Shown: piece by piece, positions 5,585 to 6,480 of the stretch
Layout of the letters: every line of letters starts with the position of its first letter
Position numbering within the stretch: the stretch's first letter is position 1
Virus record (IMG/VR): IMGVR_UViG_2740892268_000008
Reading direction: 5' to 3' (one strand)
Source: a virus
Taxonomy: Duplodnaviria > Heunggongvirae > Uroviricota > Caudoviricetes
Length of the DNA: 6,480 nt
Translations under genes and position numbers: made by a program
The notes under the pieces: generated by a model
Told to the model about the DNA's origin: nothing
Seen by the model: the letters and a program-made list of their open reading frames with translations, nothing else
Databases searched by the model: none

Positions 5585-5668
5585 TTATCCCCAGCGGCAA
5601 ATCGAATACACCACCAGCGCCACCGCCATCGCAATTCCTACCGTTGTTAATGCTTCAGGCCAGGTCAT
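5585..5668 (-). CDS. Small hydrophobic peptide (27 aa, [27 protein letters not shown]), candidate single-pass membrane peptide
   Basis: Absent from the ORF track because it is short. ATG overlaps the stop of the 114-aa gene (ATGA), GGAGGA lies about 10 nt upstream, and the product has a ~17-residue hydrophobic core. Confidence 0.35.
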   Translation of the reverse strand: MTWPEALTTVGIAMAVALVVYSICRWG

Positions 5669-6009
5669 CGTAAAATATCCTCCACGCTTATCAGTCCGTT
5701 CCGCTCCAGATAACTCATCGCCTTATCCGGTAATTTGCAGTCTGGCTTCGCTTTCCTCAGTTGCCAGGTTAACTGCTTTACCAGCATGGTTAACTCATCG
5801 ACCAGACGCTGATATCCCACTGGTTTGTATTCATGCAATTTACCGGCTGGCTCTGCTGCCAGCGATACCAGTGCGATTTCCAGAACAGCAATATCCATCT
5901 TATATGTGCGGATGATGTCATGGTCGATTGTGCCCGGTATGCACAGTCTCTGTGCTTCAATAGTCTCCTCTGCGTGAGCTATTAACTGCTCTCTGGTAAA
6001 AGTCGTCAT
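5665..6009 (-). CDS. Hypothetical protein (114 aa), paralogous at its N-terminus to the upstream 55-aa protein
   Basis: ORF with AAGGGG upstream; ATGA overlap with the 55-aa gene. Shares the N-terminal MTTxTxE and an IALxSLxAEP segment with the 55-aa product. Confidence 0.55.
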   Translation of the reverse strand: MTTFTREQLIAHAEETIEAQRLCIPGTIDHDIIRTYKMDIAVLEIALVSLAAEPAGKLHEYKPVGYQRLVDELTMLVKQLTWQLRKAKPDCKLPDKAMSYLERNGLISVEDILR

Positions 6010-6173
6010 GCCGTAGCCCCTTCTTGATATTTTTCAAACCAGAACACAACCGGCTCTGCTTCCAGCGATGCCAGCGCAATCCGTGCCAGTTCCATTTGTT
6101 CACCACGGGTAAGCCCGTTTTCAAGCGGGTTTTTAATGAACAATTCAATACGTTCTTTGGTAATAGTGGTCAT
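6006..6173 (-). CDS. Hypothetical small protein (55 aa, [55 protein letters not shown])
   Basis: Not in the ORF track (under 60 aa). Strong AAGGAG 6 nt upstream of ATG 6173; its stop overlaps the start of the 114-aa gene. The track's ORF 5957-6148 is in another frame over the same DNA and is the less likely reading. Confidence 0.5.
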   Translation of the reverse strand: MTTITKERIELFIKNPLENGLTRGEQMELARIALASLEAEPVVFWFEKYQEGATA

Positions 6174-6183
6174 GTGTTACTCC

Positions 6184-6414
6184 TTAACCCGCAGTGCTTT
6201 CAACTGATGAGGGGAACAAAATCTTTTCATCAAACCCTGCATTCATATCATGAACAGCAACACACCAATCCATCGACGAACGATTATCAAGAGCCTCCAT
6301 GATTTCATCCATGCGGCGTAGGTCATACAGGTAAATGCTTTTATCGCCAATGGTGTAAAAGCCAATTTTTTTCGGTGATGGATGAGGTGTACTGGCAATA
6401 GCGGACACTACCAT
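6184..6414 (-). CDS. Hypothetical protein (76 aa from ATG 6414), possibly the 3' part of a longer gene starting beyond the right edge
   Basis: ORF from the track. No convincing Shine-Dalgarno before ATG 6414, and the frame has no stop from 6414 to 6480, so the true start may lie outside the window. Its first 11 codons lie inside the right inverted-repeat copy. Confidence 0.4.
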   Translation of the reverse strand: MVVSAIASTPHPSPKKIGFYTIGDKSIYLYDLRRMDEIMEALDNRSSMDWCVAVHDMNAGFDEKILFPSSVESTAG

Positions 6415-6480
6415 TTGTTCTTTTTTTAAGCAGCCATCTGATGATATTTTTCCCTGAAGGCTGCCGGGGAGATATTCCCC
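6383..6480. repeat. Right copy of the 98-bp perfect inverted repeat; partner at 1-98
   Basis: Exact reverse complement of 1-98. Confidence 0.95.

Noticed and set aside
5957-6302. ORFs 5957-6148 (-) and 6024-6302 (+)
   Set aside because: They overlap the 55-aa and 76-aa genes in other frames or antisense. The 55-aa frame has a strong AAGGAG and translational coupling, so these are judged less likely.
1-6480. Terminal inverted repeats as transposon or insertion-sequence ends
   Set aside because: No transposase, resolvase or integrase is encoded between the repeats and no target-site duplication can be assessed. The internal content is ordinary lambdoid prophage late-region genes, so a transposon interpretation is unsupported.
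1-6480. CRISPR arrays or other short tandem repeat arrays
   Set aside because: No regularly spaced direct repeats were seen on scanning. The only repeats are the terminal inverted pair and short palindromes.

Overview
This window reads as a lambdoid (Qin/DLP12-like) enterobacterial prophage segment, almost certainly Escherichia/Shigella-type, with every supportable gene on the minus strand. Going right to left in transcription order: a translationally coupled run of small genes (76 aa, 55 aa, 114 aa and an unlisted 27-aa hydrophobic peptide), a hok-family type I toxin with its own promoter candidate, leader and terminator, a small protein followed after an in-frame TAA by a DUF968-type protein, RusA, a Q-like late antiterminator with a pR'/tR'-like promoter and terminator, a small late ORF, a beta-class DNA methyltransferase and a cluster of three phage tRNAs. 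The window is bounded by a perfect 98-bp inverted repeat (1-98 and 6383-6480) whose inner edge falls inside an open reading frame. Three N-masked blocks (280-486, 903-1152, 3470-3729) hide a tRNA anticodon, the middle of the methyltransferase and the DUF968/rusA junction, so those boundaries are estimates. No CRISPR array, transposase or integrase is visible. All family assignments are from reading motifs by eye; nothing was searched or folded.
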